A DNA stretch of 62,808 nt, the filler included, from Stramenopiles sp. TOSAG23-2 (lineage: Eukaryota): assembly GCA_900128395.1 (NCBI GenBank). It is 11 parts of 11 records of this genome, joined end to end, with 100 filler letters (N's around TTAATTAATTAA, not from the genome) between each part and the next. Parts side by side here need not be neighbours in the genome. Positions count along the whole stretch, not along the records: positions 11,497 to 17,135 come from LT650625.1; positions 17,236 to 22,856 come from LT650626.1; positions 22,957 to 28,577 come from LT650627.1; 8 more parts are not named here. One strand, given 5' to 3'. Positions 11,977 to 22,991 of the stretch are shown here, piece after piece. Made by a program: the position numbers and the translations under genes. A model generated the notes under the pieces. It searched no databases and had not been told where the DNA came from. It saw nothing but the letters and a program-made list of their open reading frames with translations. Numbering within the stretch: the stretch's first letter is position 1; every line of letters begins with the position of its first letter.

Positions 11977-12948
11977 TTACACTCTCGCTTTGTTTGTTGA
12001 ACTTTTTTTTTCTCGTTTTATCTTCATTGAATATGTTGTATCTTCAACGTCCTTTGATGCAGTCCCTGTTTCGCGATATATATTTCCAGTAGCAAATATC
12101 ATTAATTCTTGCTTTTTATCTTTAAACATTGTATATATACCACTCATACTAAATAATAAAACTTGAAGAAAAATGGATCGTTGTGTTGAACGTTTCATGA
12201 TTGTGTGCTCCTGACCTTGTATGGTATAATTCAATAAAACTTCTCCTTTACTTGAACTTCCAAATGTATTATTATAAATATTGTTAATATTTAAAATTGT
12301 AACTAAACTTCCACCAATAATCACAAATATACGACTTTTTAATTTTATTCCATCCATAAATACAAACATATTTACTGCTAGCATATATATTAAACCCATA
12401 AATGGTGAAGCTGGACTGCCTCCTCGTCCTGTCTCAATAATCCAATTAAAAATACTTAATATTACAATAACAACAACATTTGGTTCTTTTAATAATCGTT
12501 TTATAATTACTAATGATACATTTTTATAATACAATATTCCACCAAATATTAATGTAATAGCAATCAATACAATAGTTGCAATTCGTAATCCAGCATTTCT
12601 CTCACCAGTTGTTTGAAAAGAAGCAATATAGATTATCAATCCAAGGAGACCGAAAAATCCTGCACCACGCTGTCCCCATTTTACACGCCAATCCAACCAA
12701 TCATCCATTACTACAACATCTTCACCCAATAATTTCAAACTTTTACGTCGCACCGTGTTATTATGGTATGTTTCTGCCCAAGAGTTTCGACTTGTTTTAC
12801 GATCTCTCGTTTCAGTTTCTAACTCAACCTCTAACGTAGATCTACTGGTTTCTTTTATCTCATTCCGCAGTTGTTTATTCTCTTCCTTTAGCAATTTGAC
12901 CTCATTGATAAGTGCCTCGTATGCAGCTCTGGTAGGTGGAAATACCAT
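11977..12948 (-). CDS. Uncharacterised multi-pass (~6 TM) membrane protein with N-terminal coiled coil; paralogue of 27762-28577
   Basis: Hydrophobic segments. Motifs WRVKWGQR, YYKNVS, KRS..RSIF.Q and FATG.IYRETGTASK are shared with the gene on another contig. Confidence 0.8.
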   Translation of the reverse strand: MVFPPTRAAYEALINEVKLLKEENKQLRNEIKETSRSTLEVELETETRDRKTSRNSWAETYHNNTVRRKSLKLLGEDVVVMDDWLDWRVKWGQRGAGFFGLLGLIIYIASFQTTGERNAGLRIATIVLIAITLIFGGILYYKNVSLVIIKRLLKEPNVVVIVILSIFNWIIETGRGGSPASPFMGLIYMLAVNMFVFMDGIKLKSRIFVIIGGSLVTILNINNIYNNTFGSSSKGEVLLNYTIQGQEHTIMKRSTQRSIFLQVLLFSMSGIYTMFKDKKQELMIFATGNIYRETGTASKDVEDTTYSMKIKREKKSSTNKARV

Positions 12949-13050
12949 TTTTTATTTGCTTTGAATTGTATGAGATAATTTGTAGTTGATCTGTTTGTCT
13001 ATCGATAATGATTATATGTATCGTTTTATATAAATACTTCACTATTTTAC

Positions 13051-13260
13051 TATATCAGATGTCTAATAAATATCCCTTCGTTCCATCCAACTACGTTTTT
13101 CTAAATACGATGTGATATAAATATAAATATATATATATAAATATATATGTATCTATCTATCTATATATATATATATATTATATCAGATGTCTAATAAATA
13201 TCCCTTCGTTCCATCCAACTACGTTTTTCTAAATACGATGTGATATAAATATAAATATAT
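13051..13260. repeat. ~82-bp direct repeat (128-bp period) separated by a TA-rich microsatellite
   Basis: TATATCAGATGTCTAATAAATATCCCTTCG... at 13051 and 13179. Confidence 0.9.
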
Positions 13261-13743
13261 GTATGTATGTATCTATGTATGTATTGTATCTATATATATA
13301 TTATATATTTTATTGATTTTTATGTTATTTTAATAAAAAAAGTAAAAAAATGAAAAAATGCGTGTGCGTGTGCGTGCGTGTGGGGGGGGCACCGCCGGTT
13401 TTCGTGGATGATCTTTTTTGCAAGTTACTGTAAAACGGAGCAGCTCTAGGCAACATAGCGAGCTCACTAATTTTTTTTTTTGTGAAAAATTATGACAATA
13501 AAATAGCACAATAGATAGAAATAGAAAGTTGTTGTATTCAAGATGTATATATCGCTAACAGAAAATTCTAAATTTAATTATTTTCTTGTTTTGCCTTTTA
13601 CTCCTCTCCTCACCCCCTATATATACATATATAATCTCAAAATATATATAGTGATATATAATTTTTATTTTGAAAAATATTTGAAATTTAGGTAATAGTA
13701 ACTCATTTCCATCATCATTATATAAATATATTTAATAATAACA

Positions 13744-14628
13744 ATGAACTGTTCGAAGGAGACATTTGATGATGATTCAAAACGGAAAGCGGTAGATATG
13801 TTACGTAAATGTTACCATCAAGACCCTGGAGATTATGATGACCCAGGAAAAAGAAAGCGTGTAATTCATGCCGCTAGCTTAAAAATTTTTGCAACGGATC
13901 ATGTTCGTTGGGGTGTAAAGAAATTGAAAAAAATGTATGATAGAGAAGAGAAAACACAATTTGGAACAAAACGGCGTATATTTTCCGGTGTAGTTGTTAA
14001 AGATACTTCACAAGGTCGAGGTGCAAGGACTGATTTTACTTCAAATGCAGATTTTGGAGAGCAAGACGTCCCTAAAAATGAAATTGCACCATCGAAACCA
14101 AAAAGCATCATTGATGGTGATAAAGGGCAAGATGGGGGAACAAACAGTAATAGTACTAGTAACGATAATAACAACGCTGGAAATGGTAGTTCAACAACAA
14201 CAAATGTAAACTTGGCAAAAAATGAAGCATTACAACAAGTTGTTTCCGAAATTAGTTTAAAAAGGAAACGCGCCATGGGAGAACAAGTAACTATGAGAGA
14301 ACGATTAGAGGCTAGAAGAAAAGCAATGATGAGTTGGGATGAATTTAAAGAAAAAAATTTAAATGAATTACCAGGTGGTACGACGATGCAAATGATGCGT
14401 TATAGACAAGAATTAGATAAAGCAAGAGAAAAACATTTAAATAAACAAACAAAAAAGATAAAAAGTAAAAAATCTAAATCAAAGAAAAAAAAGAAAAAGA
14501 AAAAAAAGAAGAAAAAGAAAAAGAAAAAGAAGAAAAGAAAAAAGGACGAAAGTAGTAGCAGCAGCAGTGAAAGCAGTAGCAGCAGCGATAGCAGTAGTAG
14601 CGACGATAGTTCAGATGATGAGCAATAG
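13744..14628 (+). CDS. Lys/Ser-rich nuclear protein with FAM133-like C-terminal region
   Basis: SWDEFKEK...YRQELDKAREKHL followed by poly-Lys and poly-Ser resembles FAM133. Confidence 0.55.
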   Translation: MNCSKETFDDDSKRKAVDMLRKCYHQDPGDYDDPGKRKRVIHAASLKIFATDHVRWGVKKLKKMYDREEKTQFGTKRRIFSGVVVKDTSQGRGARTDFTSNADFGEQDVPKNEIAPSKPKSIIDGDKGQDGGTNSNSTSNDNNNAGNGSSTTTNVNLAKNEALQQVVSEISLKRKRAMGEQVTMRERLEARRKAMMSWDEFKEKNLNELPGGTTMQMMRYRQELDKAREKHLNKQTKKIKSKKSKSKKKKKKKKKKKKKKKKKKRKKDESSSSSSESSSSSDSSSSDDSSDDEQ

Positions 14629-14720
14629 AATATATGCGTGTGTTAAATTAAAAATGAGATATCTGGATCTTTCTAAAAGTAAAATAGTATTTTTTTTATT
14701 CAATTTATATATAAATATAT

Positions 14721-14781
14721 GGTTAAAATCTAAGTTATAATAATTTTACACTTCTCGTGTTAAAGTAATATGCTCAATACT
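14721..14781. repeat. Dispersed short repeat family, copy A
   Basis: GGTTAAAATCTAAGTTA..TAATTTTAC..TTCTCGTGTTAAAGTAATATGCTCAATACT, similar to the copies at 49264 and 53979. Confidence 0.8.
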
Positions 14782-15027
14782 ATATACTATATATATACAA
14801 TTTATATATAATATATAATATTCGTACTGATACACACATACGAGTTCGTATATAGTTATTTTCTCCAAAAATAAAAATAATTTTAAAAAGTTCGTATTAT
14901 AAAAAATATACGCGTACGAGAGTACATTATTATATATTGTCTTGAGTGTGTTTTATATACTCGTAATGTATTATTATTAATTATTTGATACTACACGCGC
15001 GCTATTTTCACTACACACACACAAAAT

Positions 15028-17135
15028 TCACATTCGTTTTACATTCGATAATCGTCTGATAGCTCTACGCATCTTTTCCAAAGGTTTTTCTACAAGTCTT
15101 TGCATTAATAATTTCAAATTAATTGGAGAGTCATTTATATCATGTAAATGCAAATTATTATAATTTCCGCATTGCTCAATTAATAATTCTTCATTTTTTA
15201 AGACATTACTATTGGAAGATGCAAACTCCAATGGAGATAACCATGATTTCTCTTTAATTAATCGATTTTGTAATCTTTTCCAACCAAAATATTTACTTTT
15301 TGATTTTTCACGATGAGCAAAGATAGCATCGGCGATACCACCAGTACCAACAATTGCGATGATGGGAACTTTCAATTTCATCATTAAATGAATATTTTCT
15401 AAATCTTCACGATCACCACTTATTACTATGCATATACCATTTGAGGGTTTTTGGGAATTATATTTTAAATGATCGCAAATAGTTTGCACTGCATGCAATC
15501 TTGAACCCCATCTTCTACAACCTATGACACTAATAATTTTATCAACATAGTTATCAATTTCATTTACTTTTGTAAATGTTTTAATATCTTTAATGTTTTT
15601 ATCATGAATAATTCGTATTGGACTTTTCTTTGCAATTCCTTCAATGGAGACAACTGCTATTAATTCTGGTCCTTTTATCCTTCCTTCAAGATCAATTTGA
15701 TGTTCTGTTTTGCTTATTGCTAATTTTAATTTATCAATAGACTTTCCAAGCATCTTGTTCAACTTGTTCTTTGCTATACCATCGCATATAATATAAGAAT
15801 GATCGCTTGTAGCTTCAACTAAACCGTTTTCTATTAATTTTTCGAGACGATTTGAAAGTACTGGCAATAAATTATTGCTATCTCCGCATATATTTACAAA
15901 ATTGAATATATCACTTTTATCCATTGAATGCTTACCATGATTCAAAAATTCTTTGGAAAATAATTCAAATGTATCAAACATAGGTACCCAATGTATTGGT
16001 AAGGATGCAACAAGTTTAACATTGTGTTTAAACATAACATCTTGTCTCTCTACGAGTGATGATGACTTATCAATTTCTTCTTTGTTTTCATTGTGCTTTT
16101 TGTCTGCAATTTCTTTATTATTCTTTTTTTTTATTGTTTTTTTTGTCACATGATATGATCTTCCACCTTTAAAGAAATCGTGTATCGATTTGCTGGTAAA
16201 TTTCGTCTTTGTAGTTTTCTTTTTTGTCGAACTGGATTTCTTTTTGTCTTCTAAAGCTTTGTTGCCTTTTCTCAATTTCAGTAAAGTTCTAATGTTTTTG
16301 AATGCTTGAGTTGCTTTAATCGAAACACGTTTCTCTCTGGCTAACGTAACATTAATATGAAGAGGATAAACTTGTCCAGATACATCTGTTACTATGAAAT
16401 AACCGGATGAAATAGCTGTTGGTAAACATATAGATGCAACACTAGCATTGCAAACGAAGGATGCGGTATGTTTTTTTGATGTCATGGAATAAAAATTTAC
16501 AGTCCCGTCATCAAAACCAGCTGCAATGTATGTTTCTTTAAATCCAACCTCTAAGCATGTAACCGTTGCACCGTTCAGTAAACCAGTCATTGGCATCGAT
16601 TTCAATTGAAACCATTGTAATTTTTCCTCCAACGCATTGTTTTCAGCAGAAATTGTATCTACTGCTATTAGTCCTTCAAATATATATTTTTTCGTTTGCT
16701 TGAAAAATATGCGTTTAAAACTGTCTGCAAATAAGAAAGATTGGCACATAGCTTTGTTCATGAATTGTTTCATGTAGCTTTTGAAGAATAAAGCTTTTTG
16801 ATCAAATAAAATATTGAAACTGGTTAGCGACCACAATTTAATGGATCCATCGGTTGACAACGATGCTAGGACGAAATGTTCCTTAATATCGTATTTTTTA
16901 GGTTCCTCATCATCATTTTCAGAACCAATTCCTTCATTATCGTCACTGCTACCATATCCACTGCCATTATCACTGCCATACCCGCTGCCATTGTCACTTA
17001 CATATCCACTTTGTGGCGTTTCGATTGATGCTAAGATATTTTTATCCTTAATGCGAGATTTACTGTAAAATTTTATGTCACGAATTTCGGAACCTTCGTG
17101 CATCCAGGATTTCAGTGCATCTTCTTTTTTGATCC
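15028..17135 (-). CDS. WD40-repeat protein with C-terminal SLOG (TRPM/LSDAT-like) domain; 5' truncated
   Basis: WD-like LASLSTDGSIKLWSL and IAAGFDDGTVNFY. SLOG-like ICIVISGDREDL...VPIIAIVGTGGIADAIF. Frame is open to the contig edge. Confidence 0.65.
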
Positions 17136-17235
17136 NNNNNNNNNNNNNNNNNNNNNNNNNNNNNNNNNNNNNNNNNNNNTTAATTAATTAANNNNNNNNN
17201 NNNNNNNNNNNNNNNNNNNNNNNNNNNNNNNNNNN
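17136..17235. other. Artificial contig linker
   Basis: N run around TTAATTAATTAA. Confidence 0.97.
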
Positions 17236-20200
17236 ACGAAAAAAGAACGAAAACATTCAGATAAAAGAAAAGCAGATACTGATTGTTGGAGCGATGCAGG
17301 AGATAGAACGCATTATAGTGACCCAACAACAAGTAGTCAAAGCAAGAAAATTCATCGTAAACAAAGACAATATTTAAAAAAAAATACAAGAAAAAAACAT
17401 CATGATGAGGAAATTGAATATGATAGTTACATTAGTAGCAGCAATAATAGTACTAGTAATTATAAAAAAGAATCAAAACGTAGAAACAGAAATAGTAGTG
17501 ATAGGAAAAAAAGGAAAAAAATACAACGATCTTCACCATTATCATCAATGACATCACCTTCATCAAATGATGATAGCAATGCATATACACCATCACCACG
17601 ATCTTCCCCAAAACCATATCCTCAACAAACTAGACATAGTAGTAATAAATATTATAATAATGATTCATCAATAGATATTTTTGAAGAGGAAGAAGATTAT
17701 CATTATGTATCAAATAATGAAAATAATATAAATAATAATAATAACAAGTCTAATAGAAAACGTGATACACATGGCAGTAATATAACACACTTAACATCGA
17801 AACACGTTACATCTGCATTTGATGGTTTAATGGAAGAATTTAAACAAGGAATGAAATTAGATGGTATTCGACATACTAAAGCTATGAAAAAACCATTAAC
17901 ACCAATAGCCCAAGATTTATCAAATGATTCAACATCATCGATTGATTCTCACTTTTCAACACCATCACCTGCAGTTAATAGTAAAACAAAAATGATCCGA
18001 ACCAACGTTATAACAATACAAGAAGAAAACGACGACGACGAAGAAAAAGAACATAATGAAGAACAGCAAGATAATAACATTAATTTAAAGATCAATAATA
18101 TTCCAGGTTCCAAACAAGAAGCCATTCCGCGAGGAAAACCTGCTGAACAATTTGTTTCCCACACGATTAAATCCATAGCATTGACTCCAATCAACCCATC
18201 TCGTGCTACTGCTAAATTACCAAAGACACCATTACCCGTTCCACAATTACAGAAACAAAATAGGGCGTTAATAGGTTTTGAACGAGAACAGAGTAAGATA
18301 GAAAACAAGGAAGAATTGCTATTGATTTCAGATGAAAATAATACGAATGCTGAATATAATAATAAAAGTCCATCTTCAAACGACAATATCTTAATCATGG
18401 ATTTAAAACCTTTGTTACGATCTATATTGGGACGTATATATAAAAGTTTTTCTAGGAAACCAGGCGAATATTTGCCTATTAGAACAGTGCAACGTAATTT
18501 ATTTGGTTCAAATACATTAATACGACGTAAATATTTAACCGTATGGGATGATAATGGCAATGCTAGATCGTTTGTATCATTATTAAAAGAAGTTTTTCAA
18601 CGTTGCCAATTGAACGAAATATCAATTAATGATTTTATTAATCTTCTTGAAGGCTGTATGGTTGATTCAACAATGGACAATACGAATAATATTCATAATA
18701 ATAATGATGATGATAATAACAACAAGGACGATGATAGCGACAAGAATAATGATAATAATGATGATATTAGTAGTATTACATCAAGTGCAAGTAATAAAAA
18801 TAGTAGTAGTGAAGAACAAATGGAAGAAGTCATCGATGTTAATGTAAATGCAAATGAAGTGAATCAAAGTTCATACATACGTGGTAGCTCTGGTGGTAGT
18901 GAAGTAGTTATCAATCAAATAGAAATAGCAACCATCGTGAACGAAAATAATATTGTAAATGCGGGCTCTGTTGGTAGTACACCAACTACTACTGAAAGAA
19001 GACGAATACAACCAGATCCACGTGTAACAGCAAGTAGTGGGTCATCTAACAATCGCAATGCCATAAACGAGAACGAGGACAATAATGTAGTTATGGCAAG
19101 AGCTGGCAGTGGTGGAAGTGGCGAGATGCTATTAATGCCACCTATTTCTGCAGGTGTGAATAGGCCAAGAACAGAAAGCGGTGCTGGTGGCGGTGGTGGC
19201 ACACTTTCTACCGTAAGCCCGCCACATGAAGAGGAAATTATTAATAACATCGATGATAATAATAATAATAATGATGATGAAGAAAAAAATGGGGATGATG
19301 ATTCGCAACAACAACCGTTGGAAGAGGAACGTTGTAATAATAATGATGTGAATGATGAGATTAATACTGATGATGATACTAATATTGTAAATGAAAATAT
19401 CAAGGAAGATATAAAACTTACATTAAGTGATGCAATTACACATATACACATGCAACAACAACCAATTGTAGAGGAACGTGTTAATAATAATGATGTGAAT
19501 GATGAGATTAATACTGATGATGATACTAATATTGTAAATGAAAATATCAAGGAAGATATAAAACTTACATTAAGTGATGCAATTACACATATACACATGC
19601 AACAACAACCAATTGTAGAGGAACGTGTTAATGATGATGCTGATGATATGAATGAGATTAATACTATTGACAATAATGTTATAAGTGACAATATCAAGAA
19701 AGATAGAAAACTTACATTAAACCACAAAGGTATTACTAGTATTGCAATACCAAATACAAATAATCAAACCATTTTCTCATCAACAAATTTAACAAAATTG
19801 AAAAAAATATTTGATTCACGTCAATTGAATGAGGATAATGCTGCAAATTTACGTGGTTTGTTAGGTAGCTTGTTTACCAACGATGAAGCAAATGAATTGT
19901 TGGATGCACATGTTATTGATTCATCTACATCAAAAACAACTGTTTTAGCATCGTTTGAAGATTTAATTAAAATAGGCTTAAAATCAATAACATGGGAAGA
20001 ATTATTGATGCATTTTTCATCCGATAAAAAAATACGTCAACGGGCATTTAATTTTGCTAAAGCAGTGAGTGGGGCTCAAGAGAGCAATGTAATAATTAGT
20101 AGTGCAAATGAAAAAGTTACAAAAGTTGATAAAAAGACTGAACCTATCACAAATGCACCACCATTACCAATGTCACCACCATCATATTTCAAAGATAATG

Positions 20201-21558
20201 TTTTAACACCAGCACCAGTAAAAAGCCGTATGTTTAATATTGTTGGTGAAACATTAGATTTAAATGTAAAGGAAGAAGATGAACATGTCGAAGTGGATGA
20301 TTTAACAAAATTGGCAGCATCGCAGCCAATCATGAAACGATATAATAAATACAAGGATAATACATCAAATTTGTATATTAATGCTGGGAAAAAAGAAATC
20401 AAAGCCAAGGTGGCTGAGAGTACTAGTTCCATATTCAAGCATATGCGGGAAGTACTTGAAAATCGTGGTAGTCATAAAAGTATCAGTAGCAGTAGTAGTA
20501 GTACACAAAACATGATACGTGGCATCACAGTTGATGATTTATCGTCAAAAGTAGACAATAACAACATTTCATTCAAGGCAAAGCCATTGCCACGTTCAAA
20601 ATCGCCACAACTGACGGAGGAATTGCCACAGAATATACTAAATAATAATCCACAATCATTAATACGTGAAATGACAACATTAAATGTTGTGAGTGGTAGA
20701 AAAATTAGTTCTGTTGCAACAGCAACTGTAATTGTTCCAAGAGGAAGGCGAAATCAACCACGAAGACCAGCTCTGTCACCAACGCCAAATGTTGCTAGAA
20801 AATTAAGTAATCGGCCATCACCAAAAGGTATGGATATGTCTAGTATGAGCAAGACAGACTTGCTAAAACAAAGAGTTAAAAATCGAAGTCCATTTAATTT
20901 TCAATCCAAATTAGACATTGGTTTAGGTTTGACATCCCCGTCAACATCGAATGTTTTAACTTCAACATCGAAATTATTGGCATCAGCAAAAAAGATATCA
21001 GTAAAACATAAAGTTGATAGTAATGGTCGAAAATCACCACACATGCAACATCGACACGGAGAACATGAACGGCGTCAACCACGTGCATTGAATATTACTA
21101 GTGATGAAAGTGCAGATTCGTTATTGTTGAATCTAAATGCAATGAAAGATGGAAAAGATGATAATACAATTGCTGCTGAAACAAATGAATCATCAATGGC
21201 TGCATCAAAATTATTACAAACATTACAAGCTTCATTAGATCGACCTGTGTTTAGCCCGGTAGTTCAAGGGAAAGCTAATGCTACAATGAAAACGCCAACT
21301 GGTAATAATAGTAGTCCTGTAAGTCCTATGCGTATGAAATTGGATTCCGTTACACGAAGTGCACAAGATATATTAATGCGTGTACGTGGACAACGCTTAA
21401 GTGAAAATGCAGGTTTTGGATCAGATTCACCATCATTTTCATATTTAAAACCAACAAATATTAGTGGCACAGCCAGCTCAGTATTAAATAGCTCAAGTTT
21501 ACAAGATAGGGCAAAGGAGTTAAGTCAACGTATAAAAGCGATGAGGGAGAGAAAGTAA
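17236..21558 (+). CDS. Large low-complexity (Asn/Ser/Asp-rich) protein, probably 5' truncated
   Basis: The frame of the 1336-aa ORF is also open from 17236 to the ATG at 17548. No recognisable domain. Confidence 0.75.
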   Translation, partial: TKKERKHSDKRKADTDCWSDAGDRTHYSDPTTSSQSKKIHRKQRQYLKKNTRKKHHDEEIEYDSYISSSNNSTSNYKKESKRRNRNSSDRKKRKKIQRSSPLSSMTSPSSNDDSNAYTPSPRSSPKPYPQQTRHSSNKYYNNDSSIDIFEEEEDYHYVSNNENNINNNNNKSNRKRDTHGSNITHLTSKHVTSAFDGLMEEFKQGMKLDGIRHTKAMKKPLTPIAQDLSNDSTSSIDSHFSTPSPAVNSKTKMIRTNVITIQEENDDDEEKEHNEEQQDNNINLKINNIPGSKQEAIPRGKPAEQFVSHTIKSIALTPINPSRATAKLPKTPLPVPQLQKQNRALIGFEREQSKIENKEELLLISDENNTNAEYNNKSPSSNDNILIMDLKPLLRSILGRIYKSFSRKPGEYLPIRTVQRNLFGSNTLIRRKYLTVWDDNGNARSFVSLLKEVFQRCQLNEISINDFINLLEGCMVDSTMDNTNNIHNNNDDDNNNKDDDSDKNNDNNDDISSITSSASNKNSSSEEQMEEVIDVNVNANEVNQSSYIRGSSGGSEVVINQIEIATIVNENNIVNAGSVGSTPTTTERRRIQPDPRVTASSGSSNNRNAINENEDNNVVMARAGSGGSGEMLLMPPISAGVNRPRTESGAGGGGGTLSTVSPPHEEEIINNIDDNNNNNDDEEKNGDDDSQQQPLEEERCNNNDVNDEINTDDDTNIVNENIKEDIKLTLSDAITHIHMQQQPIVEERVNNNDVNDEINTDDDTNIVNENIKEDIKLTLSDAITHIHMQQQPIVEERVNDDADDMNEINTIDNNVISDNIKKDRKLTLNHKGITSIAIPNTNNQTIFSSTNLTKLKKIFDSRQLNEDNAANLRGLLGSLFTNDEANELLDAHVIDSSTSKTTVLASFEDLIKIGLKSITWEELLMHFSSDKKIRQRAFNFAKAVSGAQESNVIISSANEKVTKVDKKTEPITNAPPLPMSPPSYFKDNVLTPAPVKSRMFNIVGETLDLNVKEEDEHVEVDDLTKLAASQPIMKRYNKYKDNTSNLYINAGKKEIKAKVAESTSSIFKHMREVLENRGSHKSISSSSSSTQNMIRGITVDDLSSKVDNNNISFKAKPLPRSKSPQLTEELPQNILNNNPQSLIREMTTLNVVSGRKISSVATATVIVPRGRRNQPRRPALSPTPNVARKLSNRPSPKGMDMSSMSKTDLLKQRVKNRSPFNFQSKLDIGLGLTSPSTSNVLTSTSKLLASAKKISVKHKVDSNGRKSPHMQHRHGEHERRQPRALNITSDESADSLLLNLNAMKDGKDDNTIAAETNESSMAASKLLQTLQASLDRPVFSPVVQGKANATMKTPTGNNSSPVSPMRMKLDSVTRSAQDILMRVRGQRLSENAGFGSDSPSFSYLKPTNISGTASSVLNSSSLQDRAKELSQRIKAMRERK
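19324..19720 (+). repeat. In-frame 147-bp (49-aa) tandem repeat: two near-identical units and one diverged unit
   Basis: GAGGAACGT at 19324, 19471 and 19618. Confidence 0.9.
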
Positions 21559-21834
21559 AACCAAAGAAGCCTAAAATATAATACCTCGTATGTTTTTGTA
21601 AAAAATATTTTTTTTGATATTTTATACAAGCATAAATAATGATGTTTTTTAAATGTGCATACTTATACTTCGTACGTTCGTACGCGTACGAACTCGTACT
21701 TTTTTTGTAATAATTAAAAATACACACACACCATTCCGTTACATTTTTCACACACACTCTTTTTTCCATTTTTTTACATCATTTTGGAGTTCTAATTATT
21801 CATTTATACATCATACAACAATCATATCTCACAT

Positions 21835-22856
21835 TCAACTATATTTAGATGGTGGTGTCAAACGTGGTGGAATGTACTTTGGCCCATCTTTCCTTCGCTC
21901 ACTAAAAGTATTTTCAAATCCCATTGGACCTACTTTTTTATTTTTACTTGTACGTACTTGTGATGGGTGTATTGGTTGCACTTCTTTTTCTGCATTACCG
22001 AAGAATTTTGGTCCCACTGTCTCTGATTTTAACATTGGTTTAGCTGTTCTTCTATGTAGATAACGTTGTCTAAATGGCTTATTTGAATCTTTATGTATGG
22101 CAGTAATAAATCCAACTTTTTCACCTGTAGCGGTTGTCCCGTAGAAATGTTCAACATCATTTGGTCGCATGCCTTCAGTAAAATCTTTTGGATCTTCAAA
22201 CTCATCTAATGCCATAATCGTAGCTGGTGGTGGTTTAAATGGTATGCGTTTTCCACTTGGTAACGTAGCATTATGTACTATTTTTAATCCTAACTTCTTT
22301 GCTTTTCCACCGTCTAATATGCCATCTAATTTACCTAATTGTGATGGTTTACTACCTTTCTCGCCATAATGTGTATTGAAATGTATATTATCAACCATCA
22401 CCGCATCTAACCACTCTTGTTTTGCACGTTTTTTTGCCTCAACCATTTCAGCTTCAACACCATCACCACCTAAATGTACACTTTTATAAAATTCATGATC
22501 CGGTGCCTTCGTACCATCTGCATTGTATCCACCAAATGGTTTCGATGCAATAACTGGTACAGTATCGAAATCCGTTTTTCCAACTGGTAACACAAATGAT
22601 CTACTTGGTGGTGCACCAGTACTTTGATTTTCAATCCATGGTTCTTTTAACTCATCTTGACGTTGCTCACTAACTTGTCTAGGATGTTTACTATATTCAC
22701 TTGGATCTTTTGGAGCTGGATATACAAAGCCACTTGGTGTAGTATATTTCTTTATACTATCCAATTTTGCATTTTTAACGATATCATCTTCATTAACGAG
22801 ACATAATGTAAGTGATTGAAATTCTTGACTGTATGAAAATGTTGCATTTTTAATTT
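21835..22856 (-). CDS. CFAP92: CFAP92/KIAA1257-like cilia protein, C-terminal part (5' truncated)
   Basis: Frame open to the contig edge: FSYSQEFQS...TPSGFVYP...HPRQ...DELKEPWIEN...W...VMVD..F..H resembles the CFAP92 C-terminus. Confidence 0.6.
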
Positions 22857-22956
22857 NNNNNNNNNNNNNNNNNNNNNNNNNNNNNNNNNNNNNNNNNNNN
22901 TTAATTAATTAANNNNNNNNNNNNNNNNNNNNNNNNNNNNNNNNNNNNNNNNNNNN
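22857..22956. other. Artificial contig linker
   Basis: N run around TTAATTAATTAA. Confidence 0.97.
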
Positions 22957-22991
22957 ATAATACAAATATTACTAATACAACAGCAAATACC

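Noticed and set aside
13051-13260. 82-bp direct repeat as LTRs of an element
   Set aside because: Only a TA microsatellite lies between the copies and there are no TG..CA ends. Likely a local duplication or allelic mis-assembly.
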